A DNA stretch of 64,000 bases from Chiloscyllium plagiosum (Eukaryota). This document shows positions 48,561 through 61,902 of the stretch, in pieces (positions within the stretch are counted from its first letter, which is position 1; the number at the start of each line of letters is the position of its first letter). Position numbers and translations under genes: made by a program. The notes under the pieces were generated by a model. The model saw only the letters and a list, made by a program, of their open reading frames with translations, searched no databases and was not told the DNA's origin. The DNA lies in the NCBI RefSeq assembly GCF_004010195.1, contig NC_057720.1, positions 35,204,711-35,268,710 of the forward strand. The letters are read 5' to 3'.

Positions 48561-49072
48561 GAATGTAAGTCATTATACAGTATTCTTGTAATAAAATCTT
48601 GCATTTTAAGCACAACTAATCTCATCATTCTACATATTTTTCCATAATTGCCTTATTCATCATAAAATGTAGCCACTCAGCAAAGTGCTCCAAAATACTC
48701 TTGATTTGCTTTAGAGATGAAATGTCTTGTGAGTTGACCAAATAAAACAGCCTTTCTATGCCAGTACAAGAATGATGGAGTGCCAGTAATGAGTATGTTG
48801 GAGAACAGCACCCCCATTAAGAGCTGCCGTGCAAGAGCAAGATGGTCACCCACCATGAAGCAAGTTGGTTTTAGTCATGTATTGGAAACTATTTAATAAT
48901 TGACAGGGATCAGGGTTCAGATGCTTTTTATGGTTCAAGTAATTTTCATAGTCTGTATTTCTTAAAAAATTGTAACTTTTATTGCATTGATTTTGATTTA
49001 TTGTTGTTGCAACTCTCATATTTGCAATTCTTGTAGTTGCCGCTTGTACAGTTTTTATGTATTATAAGTTTT

Positions 49073-49390
49073 GATTAAATTAGATTCCCTACAGTGTGGA
49101 AACAGGCCTTCGGCCCAACAAGTCCACACTGACCCTGCGAAAAGTAACCCATCCAAACCCATTTCCCTCTGACTAATGCACTTAACACTATGGGCAATTT
49201 AGCCTGGCCAATTCACCTGACCTGCAAATCTTTGGACTGTGGGAGGAACCTGGAGCACTCGGAGGAAACCCACGCAGACAATGGGCGAATGTACAAACGC
49301 CATATAGACAGTCAGCTGAGGCTGGAATCGAACCTGGGCCCTGGTATTGTGAGACAGCAGTGCTCACTGCTGAGCCACCGTGCCACGCCA
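49073..49390 (-). mobile_element. HE1 SINE, near full length
   Basis: tRNA-like A box TGGCTCAGCAGT and B box GGTTCGATTCC, central core, CR1-like 3' end, AATCT tail. Confidence 0.95.
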
Positions 49391-49689
49391 AGGTTTATTT
49401 TATTAATTTATCAAATGTGGGCATCAATGGCTAATACAGCATTTTGTGGCAGAAACATGATTATTAGGGCTATTGTAATCTTAGATGTCAAGGTAACTTA
49501 TCTGCCACAATCTACATGACATTACCAAATGTCTTTTGAAAGTGCATGTAAATGATACACTGAGAATCAAGATAAGCATTTTTAACCTTATATGTTATCT
49601 TATCAAATAATTCAATCAAGTCAGTGAAACATAATTTGTCTTTAAGCAATCAAAGCTGGTTTTCATTTTTAAAACTTTGTCCTTGATAT

Positions 49690-50146
49690 GAGGCCAGTGA
49701 ATTGCCTAGAAGCAGTCAAGAGTCAACTACGTTACCGTGGTTCTGGACTTACATGTAAGATTGCTTTCCTTAAAGAACATTAATGCATTTGACAGACTTA
49801 CAACGTTTGACATTGGTTGCCACTGAGCAAGCTTTTTATTCCCCTTTTTAACTGAATTCAAATTTCGTCATGACATGGTGAAATTCACATCCCCAGAATT
49901 TTAGAATGAGGAACATAAACAGAAATTGCTGGAAAAGTTCAGCAGGTCTGGCAGCACCTCAGTTCTGAGGAAGAGTCACCGGATCCAAAATGTTAACTCT
50001 TGATTTCTCTTCACAGATGCTGTCAGACCTGCTGAGCTTTTCCAACAACTGCTGTTTTTGTTTCTGATTTACAGCATCTGCAGTTCTTTCGGTTTTTTAC
50101 TTTACAGTGAGGTTCTGGCTTAATAGTGCAGTGGCATTACCACTAT
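49690..50146 (-). mobile_element. tRNA-headed SINE (7843 family) interrupted by a Penelope-like insert
   Basis: GCAGTCAAGAGTCAAC..GAATTCAAATTT..CCCCAGAA, insert, then CTGGCTTAATAGTGCAGTGGCATTACCACTA. Confidence 0.7.
49911..50098. mobile_element. Penelope-like inverted remnant with mutated hammerhead core
   Basis: Arms GGAAAAGTTCAGCAGGTCTGGCAGCA / TGCTGTCAGACCTGCTGAGCTTTTCC; CTGAGGA..GGATCCAAAA; CAGCATCTGCAGT end. Confidence 0.8.
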
Positions 50147-50236
50147 GTAGATTTTGTCACATTAAATAAAAAATTTGATACTTCAGTTCCTTACATCATT
50201 TCCTTTCAGTATCTTTTGTGGCCTTTTTCCAATACT

Positions 50237-50682
50237 TAGAAACATAGAAGATAGAGCAGGAGTAGGCCATTCAAACCCTTGAGCCTGCTTTACCTTACAG
50301 TATCATCATGACTGATCATTGAGATCAATACTCTAATTCCGTTGCATCCTATATCCCTTCATCCCTTTAGCCACAAGAGCTATATCTCTGACCTTCTTTA
50401 GAAATGTAACATTTTGGCCTCAACCACTTACTGTGGCAGTGAATTTCACAGACTCACCACACTGTTGGTGATGAAATTTCTCCTCAGCTGAGTCCTAAAA
50501 AGCTAAGTCCTTATCACTAATCTTGGTTCTAGATTCCCCCACCAATCAGAATATCCCTCCTGCATCTAAACACCTAGTCCTACTGAAATTGTACAGGTTT
50601 CTATGAGGTCCCGCCTCACTCTTCTAATCTCCAGTGAATCTGACTCAACCTACCCTTGTACAGCAGTCCTCCTATTCCAGAA
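50237..50682 (-). mobile_element. CR1 3' fragment
   Basis: AGAAACATAGAAGATAGAGCAGGAGTAGGCCATTC tail; decayed FR.MR.DLIET. Confidence 0.85.
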
Positions 50683-50689
50683 ATTATTT

Positions 50690-51287
50690 GCAGGTCAGAA
50701 TCTGCAGCAAATAATTCATTCCCCTGACTGCCCAAAGGCTGTCCATCACCTACAAGGTGGAAGTCATGGGTGAGATGGAATGCTTCCCACTTGCCCAGAT
50801 GAGTGCAGTCCCAACAACACTCAGGAAGCTTGACACCATCCAGGACAATTCAGCCTGCTTGATTAATTGGCACCATATCCACAAGGATACACTCCTTCCA
50901 CCACCATCACACAGTAGAAGCAGTCTGTACTATCTACAAAATGTACTGCAACAATTCATCAATGATCTCTAGGTAATACCTTCCAAATCCATGACCACTT
51001 CCATCTAGAAGGACAAAGGCAGCAGATATATGGGATCACCACTATCTTCAATTTCCCACCCAAGCTATTCAGCATCCAGATTTGGAAATATATTGATGTT
51101 CCTTCATTGTCACTAGGTCAAAGTCCTGGATATTCCTCCCTAATGGCATTGTGAGTCACCTCACAGTAGGTGGACTGCAGCGGTTCAAGAAGACAGCTCA
51201 CCCCCACCATCTCAAGGGCAACTAGGAATGGAAAATAAATGCTGACCAGCCACAGCACCCATTTTCCTCAAAATGAATTTTAAAAAT
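50690..51287 (+). mobile_element. CR1/L2-group LINE 3' part (9288 family)
   Basis: MECFPLAQMSAVPTTLRKLDTIQD; GLQRFKKTAHPHHLKGN; shared tail. Confidence 0.88.
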
Positions 51288-54099
51288 TCCTCAGAGTTAA
51301 GACCCTCAGCAGCTACCCTTAGAAGTGAAGACACTATTCAATTGTATACTCTGTTGTTGATTGCTTTTTGAAACACCCATTGCATCTTAGCTATGTGAAT
51401 GTTACTTAGACATGACATTTTTGACATATACATTATGAATTTGTTGGATAAGGATACTCTGTGAGAAAGCAAAATCAGCTCTTTCAAAAAGCTAATTTGA
51501 TTCATGGCCATCCTACATGCAATTTTTCAATTTTCTGGCATGCACCACAATAGACATTAATCATAACTATAAAAGGGCATCCAGAATTTGTCTTATTTTT
51601 TCCTGGAATATGGACAAATATAAAGAGCCCAAAAATGATAATAACAATGTAGCAGCAAAACAATGTATTGAGTACCACATTGAGAAACTAGACAATGTTG
51701 CACCCATATAAAAACAGAAAGCTGAACTGGCAATTAGAATTGTATTGATTAAACACCATTAGATATATGGCACAGAATTTCCTTTGAGTAAGTATTCAAC
51801 TTATCCACATCTTATAGTACTAACAGTATTGCAAATTGTGAGATCAGGTCATTTAATTAAAGAGTGATATGCAAACAGTGAAATTCCAGCCTGCACACAT
51901 ATGGAGAGACAGGAAGCAAGTACAACATGTAGACGGGTGGTGAAGGGAAGACAATTGTTCAGAAAGAGGAAAAGGCCAGATACAGCAACAGGGTACATTT
52001 TATGCTGTCAACCAGGACAAAGAGGATAGTAAATAGATCAAAGAGAAGAATATAAACTTACTGCATGTTCTTTCAGTGGAGAAATAGGAGGTATAGGTTG
52101 GTTGAGATCAGAAGCAAGCCATACAAGATGCTTGTGGCAGCGAGTATCATACCCTTGATCTTCAGACTTCCATTACAGTGCAGGAGATGGTTTAATGACT
52201 ACACTATCGTAGTCATTAAACTTACAATAATGGGGAGAAAAACAAGCCACTTTGCCCAACTACACTATTCTGGTATTTATGATCAATGCCAACCTGCTCC
52301 CACAGTCCATTTTATCTAAGCTAATCAGCATTTACATTCCTTTCTCCCTAGTATGAGATTATCTAACCAAGCCTTAAAGGCACTGATGCAATTTGCCTCA
52401 GCTGCTCTTTGTTGGAATGAGGTCCACATTTTGACTAGCCTTGGGTAAAGAATTTTCTCCAGAACTCATTTTTGGAATTATTAGTCAACATAACACTTTT
52501 ACAACCTCTAGTGAGTTGGAGTACATTGGTTTTGCATTTTATCGTACTCTATATTTGACCACAACAAATTATTAAATTTTTTTAAGAAAGGATGCTGGAC
52601 TGCCATGTCAATATAGGCAGGGCTGTGCAAAATTGTAAGAAACAAACCAAACAGGTATTCTTGAGCTAAACATGCATGGAGTTAATTTTGTTGCTAAAAC
52701 CCACTCAAGTAAAAATATTAAAAATGTTAAAAGATGTAAAACACATCTTAATTCCAAATGTACATAAACATGTACACATTCAGTCCCGAAGCATACAGAA
52801 AATATAACTGTTCTGAGTGTCTAATGTTTAAACTTGATCAAGTAAAAATAAAAAAGTCATCTTTTATATGGCTAGTGGACGTCCATCTTCTGGAATCCCT
52901 ACAGTTGGTTTGACTTCTTCCTTCAAAATCCTGTTTGCAGCAAGAAGGTTTTCTGGTCAGTTTTCAAGCCACATACAGAGCTCAAGGCTTTCTTGACAAG
53001 CCTCAAACTGATAGAGAAGGGCTCCCCTCCAGCAGCCTCTATTGTCACTGCCCAAATCCAAATTCAAATATTCAAAAAATTGTTGCATCACATGGTCCCT
53101 GGCCATCCTGACTGTACAATCAAAAAAAGGTTAATCAGCTCTTCTTAGCCGGGGGTTAACTTTAACTCCTTGACTGATACTACGTCAATCTTGATGAGAT
53201 AAGAAGGAATCAGTTCAAACTTTCACTGGATCATTGTATGTGCAGAGATCTGTCCCAGTACAGAAGATATTGTGTTCACATAAGGATGCAAATTGGGTTT
53301 GGCCATCTTAGGTTTCAGTTAAAACTAGTTCAGTTTCTTGTGCATGCAGAAAGTTCAATGTATGAAAACAGTTGATGAAAGTACAATTTAATATTGGATA
53401 TAAGCACATTTTCTTGACACCTTCTTATAAGCTTATAGGTTGGATTTTCCTCTTCATAGTGGCCTATCAACATAGAGAGTCTTTTACCCACTGCGCTGAA
53501 CCACCATAACCCCAACCCACTGTGTTGAAGTTTCATCTTGCAACTATAGTGGGCCCTTATTAAAAAATACCTGTGATATCTGACCCTCCTACCAAAATGG
53601 ATAACCATACATTATACATCATATTCCATGTTCTTGCCCAAATCGTGCAGAAGCCACTTTGCTTCTTCCACTCAACATACATATCTCCCTCATTCAGCCC
53701 ATCGACATCCACCACTCCCCATCCCAGCTCTATGTTATCCATGCAGTTGGAAATTCAGTGAACTGGCACTTTATGAGCTGGCACCCTTAATACCAACAAA
53801 AATTAAATACCTGAAATACTGGAAGTGTCGTATATTATTGTGATCTCTGTGAGTAGTGAGTTGAGTGAGCGAGTGAGAAGGCTCGTGGCCAGTAATACAA
53901 CTTTGCCTTACAAAAAACGTACTATTCAAGTGATTTATGTTGTAAAAAGTATGGCAATGATGTATATACTCCCAGCATTGCATTTCTATTACTTACTGTG
54001 TGCTTTTACACTGATTATGTGGACCTCTTGATTTTCCAGAATATTCACTCAATCAGTATACGCCTGGTCCCATAGGTGCAGGCTAATGAAACATTTGCT

Positions 54100-55060
54100 G
54101 CGATATAGTATAGTAAACAGTCAGGGCCAAAGTGCTCATCCTTGTAGTATCTGACTTGTAACATGTGTAAATGCAAAAGTGATCCTTTTATTCCTACTCT
54201 GTTTTCTGTTGGTTAAACAATGTTCCATACTTCCCATTCAATATTCCAGTATTGAAATATTCCACTGGATGTCCTTTGACTGGTTGTTCCTTATCTGGGT
54301 TTTATTTATAGAATCATACAGCATAGAAACAGACCCCTCAGCCCAATTTGTCCATGCCAACTAGGTTTCCCAAACTGCAGAATGCCCATATCCCTCTAAA
54401 CGTTTCCTATCCGTGTACCTATCCAAATGTTGTAATTGTATCTGCCTATTTGACAAGTTGCTCCTTGAGTGGCTGTTATTTTTTACATTTATATTGTTTA
54501 ATTCCTTCGGCCATTTGAAGAACTTTGAAGTCAAGATATGCCCTCATACTCAAGAGTGATTATTCTTGATTTTGAACTATGTATAGGTTTTCTACTATTT
54601 GACATCTCCTGTATTGAAGAGTTGTTGAAACATGCCTTTAATCTTAGGTGCAAGTCTCCTGGAGCATATAATTTCACTACTGTCAGCTGTGGACAGTGCT
54701 TACTTAACCAACTCTTCTGCTTCAATCACCATCTGAATGGCTTTCTTGAGAGCGAGGTCTTCTTTGGACAGTAACAAATCTGACACAAATGCCTACCATA
54801 ATTCTGTCTCTTATGAATTCATAATTCAAGTCACCATGGTTGCACTTCCCCATGAATCTGAAGAGACCATTAATCATATCAAATTGATTATCCTGGATAC
54901 TATACTCTTCTATTAAACCTTACACTTTCAGGAATTGTATTAGTTCTGAGATTTAACTAATTATCAAAAGCTTTCAGTATCTCTTCAAAAGCATCTTCTT
55001 TTACCCCTTAAAAGCCATAGCTTTATCAGCAATATTCCCAATTTATTTAATTGTAAATTC
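54100..55060 (-). mobile_element. Very old CR1 remnant with a younger CR1 tail inserted at 54308-54448
   Basis: Minus-strand RKQ.VGIKGS..LQG*ALWP and FIRDRIM fragments. Confidence 0.5.
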
Positions 55061-55653
55061 AGATTTAATATTTAATTCACAAGTTATTTTGTATCTCAGA
55101 TATTGTTTCCTGTACGATGTCTAATTCTGTGTTTTATTTGCCCCGTCTCTAAATTTATGTCTCCCTGGCAATATTAATTCTGATACCATGTTTTCCTGAT
55201 GTGATTTTATATTTTGCAGCAATAGCAGTGCTGTTGCTCTTTGCTGCTGTACTGGTTGGTTTTTCCACATGTATCACCTCAAATAGATGATTCTTATACT
55301 CACAAGGCTAAATTAGAGTAGTTCTTTAATAGCTTTGCTGAACAACTCTCACTTCCAGTGTTTTAATAAGTTATTCCTGTTTAATCAGAGCCTCACTGAA
55401 TGATTCCCTCTTCTCCAACGATTGTTACCCTTACTGCAACTCTTTTGAGATTGCCCACCTTCTATGTGTCCAAAGTAAATTCTCCAAAATTTTCCATCTT
55501 CAGTAGACAAGGTCTGCTTAAGGTTTTAATGTTCCTAATGTTATCATTATTTCTACTTCACTATGTCCCCACAAGTCAGAGTCGAGTGGCGCAGCAAGAG
55601 CGTGCTAGGCCTATAACCCAGAGGTTATTGGATCGAAACCATCCTTTGTTATT

Positions 55654-55864
55654 GTGGTTAGCACTGCTGCCTTACAGCACCAGAGACCCACGTTTGATTC
55701 CAGCCTTAGGGGAGAGTTTGCACATTCTCCCCATGTCTGCGTGGATTTCCTCCCACAGTCCAAAGATGTGCAGATTAGGTGAATTGGCCATGCTAAATTG
55801 CTCGGAGGGTCGGTGTGGACTTGTTGGGCCGAAGAGCCTGTTTCCACACTGTAGGTAATCTAAT
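55654..55864 (+). mobile_element. HE1 SINE with internal deletions
   Basis: GTGGTTAGCACTGCTGCC head, core, GGGCCGAAGAGCCTGTTTCC..TAATCTAAT end. Confidence 0.92.
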
Positions 55865-56152
55865 ATGACCTTGGATTTGTATTTTTTTCCTGGACTTATA
55901 CAATCATTTCTGCAACCTTGCCATTTGTGGTCGCCAGTTGCTATGGAGACAACACTTGATTTTAGTTGTAAGCACTTCTTTAACTTCTCACTTTACCAGC
56001 CTGGAATTAAAGATTTCCTTGACCCACCAGATAGTTTAAACTTTACTTATAGGTGACCTGATAACTGTCTAATTAATATAAATATCATTCTAATTCATTA
56101 ATCTTTCTTAAAGAAGGAAATCTACAATCTCTTCCCAGTCTGGTCTGCATAT

Positions 56153-57441
56153 AGTAACATAGAAATAAAAAGAAAATGCAGGAGTAGGCCATTCGGCCCT
56201 TTGAGCCTGTACCACCATTCAATGTTATCAAAGCTGACATGCAATCTCAGTAACCCATTCCTGCCCTGTCCCCATACTCCTTGATCCCTTTAGCCACATG
56301 AGCCATGTGCAACTCCCTCTTGAATATATCTCACAAACTCCCCCCAACAGTTTTCTGTGGGAGAGAATTGCAAAGGTTCACAACTCTCGGAGGGAATAAG
56401 TTCTTTATCTCAATCCTGAATGGATTATCCCTCATTGTTTAGACTATGACCCCTAGTTCTGTCCAGTCTCATCAGGATTTTATATGTTTCTATGAGATCA
56501 CCCCTCATTGTTCTAAATTTCAGTGAGTACAAGTCCAGTTGATACAGTCTTTCTTCATATGTCAGTCCTGCCATCCCAGAAATCAGTCTTATTGAACCTT
56601 TGCTGGACTCCCTCAGTAGCAAGAATGTCCTTCCTCTGACTAGGAGTTCAAAACTGCACACAATACTCAAGAAATGACCTCACCAAGGCCCTATATAACT
56701 ACAGCAAGACATCCATACTTCTTTACTCAAATCATCTCACTATGAAGGCCAGCATGCCATTAACTTTCCTCACCACCTGCTGCACCTACATGCCAATCTT
56801 CAGCAACTGTTCCACCTTGACACCCAGGTCTCACTGTACCTTGCCTTTTCCTAAACTGACACCATTCAGATAATAATCAGCCTTCCAGTTTTTGTGACCA
56901 AAGTGGATAACCTCACATTTATTCACATTATATTGCATTTGCCAAGTATTTGCCCACTCAGCCAGACTGTTCAAGTCACCCTGCAGCTTCTTAGCATCCT
57001 CCTCACAGCACACACTGCCATCCAGTTTAGTGTCATCTGCATATTTGTAGGAATTGAATTGAATTTCTTCATCCAAATTGGTAATGTATATTGTGAACAG
57101 TGGGGTCCCAGCAGTGAATCCTTTAGTACCCAACTCATCACTGCCTGCCACTCTGAAAAGGAGCTGTTTATTCCAGCTGTCTGCTTCCTGTCTGGCAACC
57201 AGTTCTCTATCTACATCAATTCATTACCACCGATACGATGAGCTCTAATTTTGTTTTCTATTCTCTTGTGTGGAACCTTGTCAAAAGCCTTTTGAAAGTC
57301 CAGATATACAACATCTATTGATTCATCCTTGTCCACTCTATTGGTCACAACTTCAAAGTATTCCCTAAGATTTGTCAAGCATGATTTTCCTTTCGTGAAT
57401 CCTTACTGACTTGGACTGATCATGTCATCACTTTCCAAATG
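56153..57441 (-). mobile_element. CR1 LINE nested in an old tRNA-headed SINE (56090-56152 and 57442-57605)
   Basis: KYADDTKL, WANTWQMQYNVNKCEVIHFG, RGDLIETYKIL. Confidence 0.93.
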
Positions 57442-59679
57442 CATGATTCTATGTCCCACAGTGATGTTAACTACTCTCTGAAATGATCTGATAAACTACT
57501 TGGTTGAACTACGATGGTGATTTACCAACACCTAATATCAGGCAATTAGGGATGGAGTGTAAAATGCTGGTCCTGCTAATGACAGTCAGATCCTGTCATT
57601 GATTAAACCATCCACCAAGTTCTCACACAGAAGAAGCTAATGTGTCCCCGATGCTCGGGAAACCCAGTTTGCAACAGTTAAAATTCATAAGCTGAAAGGC
57701 AGCACTATCATCACATTTAAACATCCAATCAGTTTCCTTTGATCAGGTTAGTTATCCATCCAACTTCATTAAAAGGCATGGGTCAGTTTGCATCTGGGAT
57801 AGATTTCTAAGATGTTAAGTCCGTGCCCGTTCTTTTTTTTTAGTCTCTTGTCTCTGCTTTGTTGGCTTTATGGACTGGGGTTGGGACCTATAACATTCTG
57901 ATTCAGAGGCAAGTATGTTACCATTGAACTAAAACTCGTTATGTGGTTTTCTAGTGTGAATAAAATTGCAGGTTTGAGCAGATGGTTGCTCTGCCATATT
58001 ATTTTGGGAACATATGCCAATGCTATAATTTATTTTAACTACACCATCATCGAAAAGTTTCTTTATCATCGGTGTCTAGTTGGGAAGTGTCACAATAGTT
58101 ATATCCTGAGCTTTTGTTTTAATGACTGCATCAACATTATTCAATTGTGACAATTATGGATTTTATTTTTCTCTCTGGTTAAGGGGTAATACTTATAAAA
58201 AATTATAAAAGGAGGAAAAGAAACGGCAGAGTAATCTAACCAGTTAGGAAGAAGAAATTTAGCACATTCTTCGTTCCAAACGTCTTGGTCTCAACACACA
58301 ACTCTGTCAAAATACCTTTCTGAAGTGTGTAATATGTGAATTGTGAAAGTAAGTGGTATTTCCACAGGCCTAAGTATTGGTATTTCGGAAGGAGACCACA
58401 GCTGTCTCTCAGATATTAAGAAGTAGCTGATATCGCAACAAAATATTATTAAATTATATTATGAATGAATGTGAATGAAACTATTACCAGCAGAGCTGAG
58501 AAATAAGGGTGTGATTGAGAGGCAATTCCAGGATTACTTAATATCTTCTCATATCATATTTGATCTAAGAGCAATTAATACTGTCGTCTAATTCAGTAAA
58601 CAAGACAGTATACATTTCAGTCCTTAGCGCACTACACAGCATGTGAACACTAAACCATCTTCAACTTAAGCAAAGTTGGGTATAAATCCTTGACCATAAA
58701 ATCTGGGTTACAATGTTACTGCAAGGGAATGAGATGTATTGATTTAGAACTTCATAGCCTTAGTCTTTTCTTCACTAAAACAATGACAAAGAAAAGGAAA
58801 CAGCAAAAGTTGTTAACGCCGGGTTTGATTCAATTGCGAAATGTAACAGTGTCCTTCAGTGCATTTTGGCTAAATCTGTCAGGCGTATTCAAGTTGTAAC
58901 AATGTTTATGCTGTGTAGGTGGAAAAGAAAAAATGTGTCTGAAGTTTGATGACATGTATAATTAGTGGTTTTATACTGTCGCCCTGCTAATTACATTTGG
59001 CACACTTCTATGATAGCAGTCTACACTAAAGTGGTATAGACTGTAAGTTAAACAATGGGGGCCAATTTTAATTTCATGTATACACAGGACAGGCAACATC
59101 AGACCAGCTACACTGCTTACCTAATGTTACAACGGAGGGGTGTCCAATGGATCTTTAATGGAACCCAACGATAAGGAAGATCTTAAAAAGGTGGTGATTT
59201 GAGGGGCAAGGAATTGTATCAGGCAATGCAAAGGAGGAGTGCCACAGATATCGGTAGTAAGACACGTTTTATGGGATGAAGAAGGGTACTCTCACTTGCT
59301 AGTTGAACAAAGATTGACTAAAATTGTCATGTTTTTGGAGCAGCATCATTGGCTGTATGTTCTACAGGATGGGATCTAATTCAGCTTCCACAGAGACCAA
59401 AATTTCTTTAGAGTCTTCTGTATGAATATAAAATAAGTGAATATAAAAGAAATCTCAATTCGATTAGGTAAAGATCATTTCCAGCAGGAATTTTAGGCCT
59501 ATCTATAAAATTGGCAGTCCCTGATCAAGAGACTCAACATTGGGCCTAATGACAGGAAACTCCTTTCCATTGCTACTGGCTCCTCTCCCTATTGCATGCC
59601 CCGCTTGGTGAAATCTCTTCCAACATCATTTCTGATTATGATCTGATTTATTCCTTGATCATGGCTGATCCTTAAGCAA

Positions 59680-60153
59680 GCTGAAGAGTTCAAATGCAAC
59701 AAGACCTGGACAATATCCAGGCTTCGGCTGACAAGTGGTAAGTAACATTCATACCACACAAATTCCAGGCTATGACTGTCACCAGTAAAAGACAATCTAA
59801 TCAGTGTGTACTATTTACAAGGTGCATTGAAGAAATTTACTAAAGATCCTCAGACAAAATCTTCCAAACCTATGACCATCTATAAGGACAAGGACAATAG
59901 ATACAAGGTATTACCAACACCACTAAGTTCCTCTCCAAACCACCCACCATCCTGACTTGGAAATATTTCACCATTCCTTCATTGTCGCTGGGTCAAAATC
60001 CTGGATTTCCCTCTATTGTCCACTCACAGCATGTGGACTGCAGCAATTCAAGAAGGAGGCTCACCACCAATTTCTCAAGGGCAACTAGGAATGGGCAATA
60101 AACACTGGCCCAGCCAGTGATGCCCACAGCTCATGAATGAATTAAAAACAAAA
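59680..60153 (+). mobile_element. CR1/L2-group LINE 3' part (9288 family)
   Basis: MQQDLDNIQASADKW; GLQQFKKEAHHQFLKGN; tail GGGCAATAAA..GAATGAATTAAAAA. Confidence 0.88.
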
Positions 60154-61567
60154 ATCATCTTCCTAGTGGCACTGATGAGGTCCAACACTGCCAACCTCTG
60201 ATTAGCTGACAACCCTCAATTGGTGGGTCCTCTGCCCCTGGGATTTTGATTATGGTGAAAGGCCTGCTGCTGACCTTAGCTTGCCTGATTGGTTTGGGGT
60301 TTAGCCGGGTTTCCTAAAAAAGAGGCAGAATGGTTCTCTCAGCAATTCTCCAGCTACAGGCCACACCTCTGATGCTTCAAAAAGATTCCACCCAAATGTG
60401 TGAATTCTGATACAAACAGTAAGATAAGGATCAACAAACCATGTCCATTTTTGTGAGTTGGCTTGGTTTAGACCTTAATACAAGAATCTATCAAGTATAG
60501 TGTCCTTTCATATTTCCAGTTTATTTTAAATAGCTTTGGTGTTCCCAAAATTTGGTTTCTTTGAGGCGATTGTTTATCTACTCATGCTGGCTCTATGTGC
60601 CACTGCTTCTTCACTGTAATGAGGGTCATAACCCAATATTGGACTTCACCACTCATGTGCAGAATGTGTAACCTACAATACTCTCTTTTCTAAAAATATT
60701 CACCCCATGTATACACTGTAGATGGGATCTACATTTTGCTCCATTAGCAATTTTATGGCTGTATGACATCTTCAGTCACTTTCACTTGAAACAATAACAA
60801 AGTACTTTATATGTCTCAAAATTATCACTTCATTGAAACAGTAGAAAAAGCTTGGTGGATGAATAAGTTTGGCATGCTAGCTTTATTTTCTTTGCCACTG
60901 AATTTTGGCAATTTTATTAATAATTTGTCTGTAAACTATATGTATATCTCAAAAACTAATGCATGGATTTTAACAAAACCTGGTACACAGTGTATGGTTG
61001 TAGGAAGAACTGAATTGTTTTTGGGAAAGATGTGATTTTGACTCAGATCATGAACTTCTTTTATCATTAATATTAATATCTATTAATATTGGGAAGCTGT
61101 GCAAATTGACTTTTTTTTTTAGAATGTTGAGTGCTGTTTTACTTGCAATGTTTTTGATTGCTTTAGAATACCAGGAATAGCCTCAGCAGCTGTGGGGAAT
61201 TTGTCTTGGCTGTCAAAACGTGAGCAGAGTTTTCAGAGCAGGTTGTTTATTGTGAATCAGCCTGAACCCTCTTCAGTGAGGCTCCTACAATTAATAAAAA
61301 GATCTTCTGTAGTCGCAGAGCATCCCAGGTTTCAAGGAAAGGCTGCGTAATTGTGATACTATTTATTTAACAGCATGTGACTGAGGCGTCCATTGTACTG
61401 AGCTCTATCTTTACTTATTTCTGAACTTTCGGGCAATGGATTTCCACATAATTAATGAATTCATCTCAATCCAGATTATTATTCCATCAGAGAAAAATGA
61501 ATGAACCTGTATCACCACTGTTTCATTGTGTGTACATATGAGAATCTTAGAGTTTTTCTGTAATTAT

Positions 61568-61902
61568 TGTTGTGGTTCTGTTTGCCGAGCTGGAAATTTT
61601 TGTTGCAAACGTTTCATTCCCTGTCTAGGTGACATCCTCAGTGCTTGGGAGCCTCCTGTGAAGCGCTTCTGTGGTGTTTCCTCCGGCATTTATAGTGGCC
61701 TGTCCTCTGCGTGTGTGGCTACTAAGGATAGCTGGTCGTGTCGTTTCGTGGCTAGTTGATGTTCACAGAAGCGCTTCACAGGAGGCTCCCAAGCACTGAG
61801 GATGTCACCTAGACAGGGGACGAAACGTTTACAACAAAAATTTCCAGCTCGGCGAACAGAACCACAACAACGAGCACCCGAGCTACAAATCTTCTCCCAA
61901 AC
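61568..61902. mobile_element. Penelope element fragment: inverted pLTRs, GIY-YIG remnant, 13-bp TSD
   Basis: Arms 61567-61673 and 61764-61870; minus-strand EHQLATKRHDQLSLVATHA; TSD TTTCTGTAATTAT at 61555 and 61903. Confidence 0.92.
61790..61835 (+). ncRNA. Hammerhead ribozyme-like motif in Penelope pLTR
   Basis: CTGAGGA-T-GTCACCT-AGAC-AGGGGAC-GAAA-CGTT; mutated mirror copy on the minus strand near 61600-61641. Confidence 0.6.

Noticed and set aside
49320..49390. tRNA gene
   Set aside because: The tRNA-like segment is the HE1 SINE head and continues into the SINE body.
52864..53106. Minus-strand 80-codon frame with one in-frame TGA, as a selenoprotein or pseudogene
   Set aside because: No recognisable domain and no SECIS seen; this length can arise by chance.
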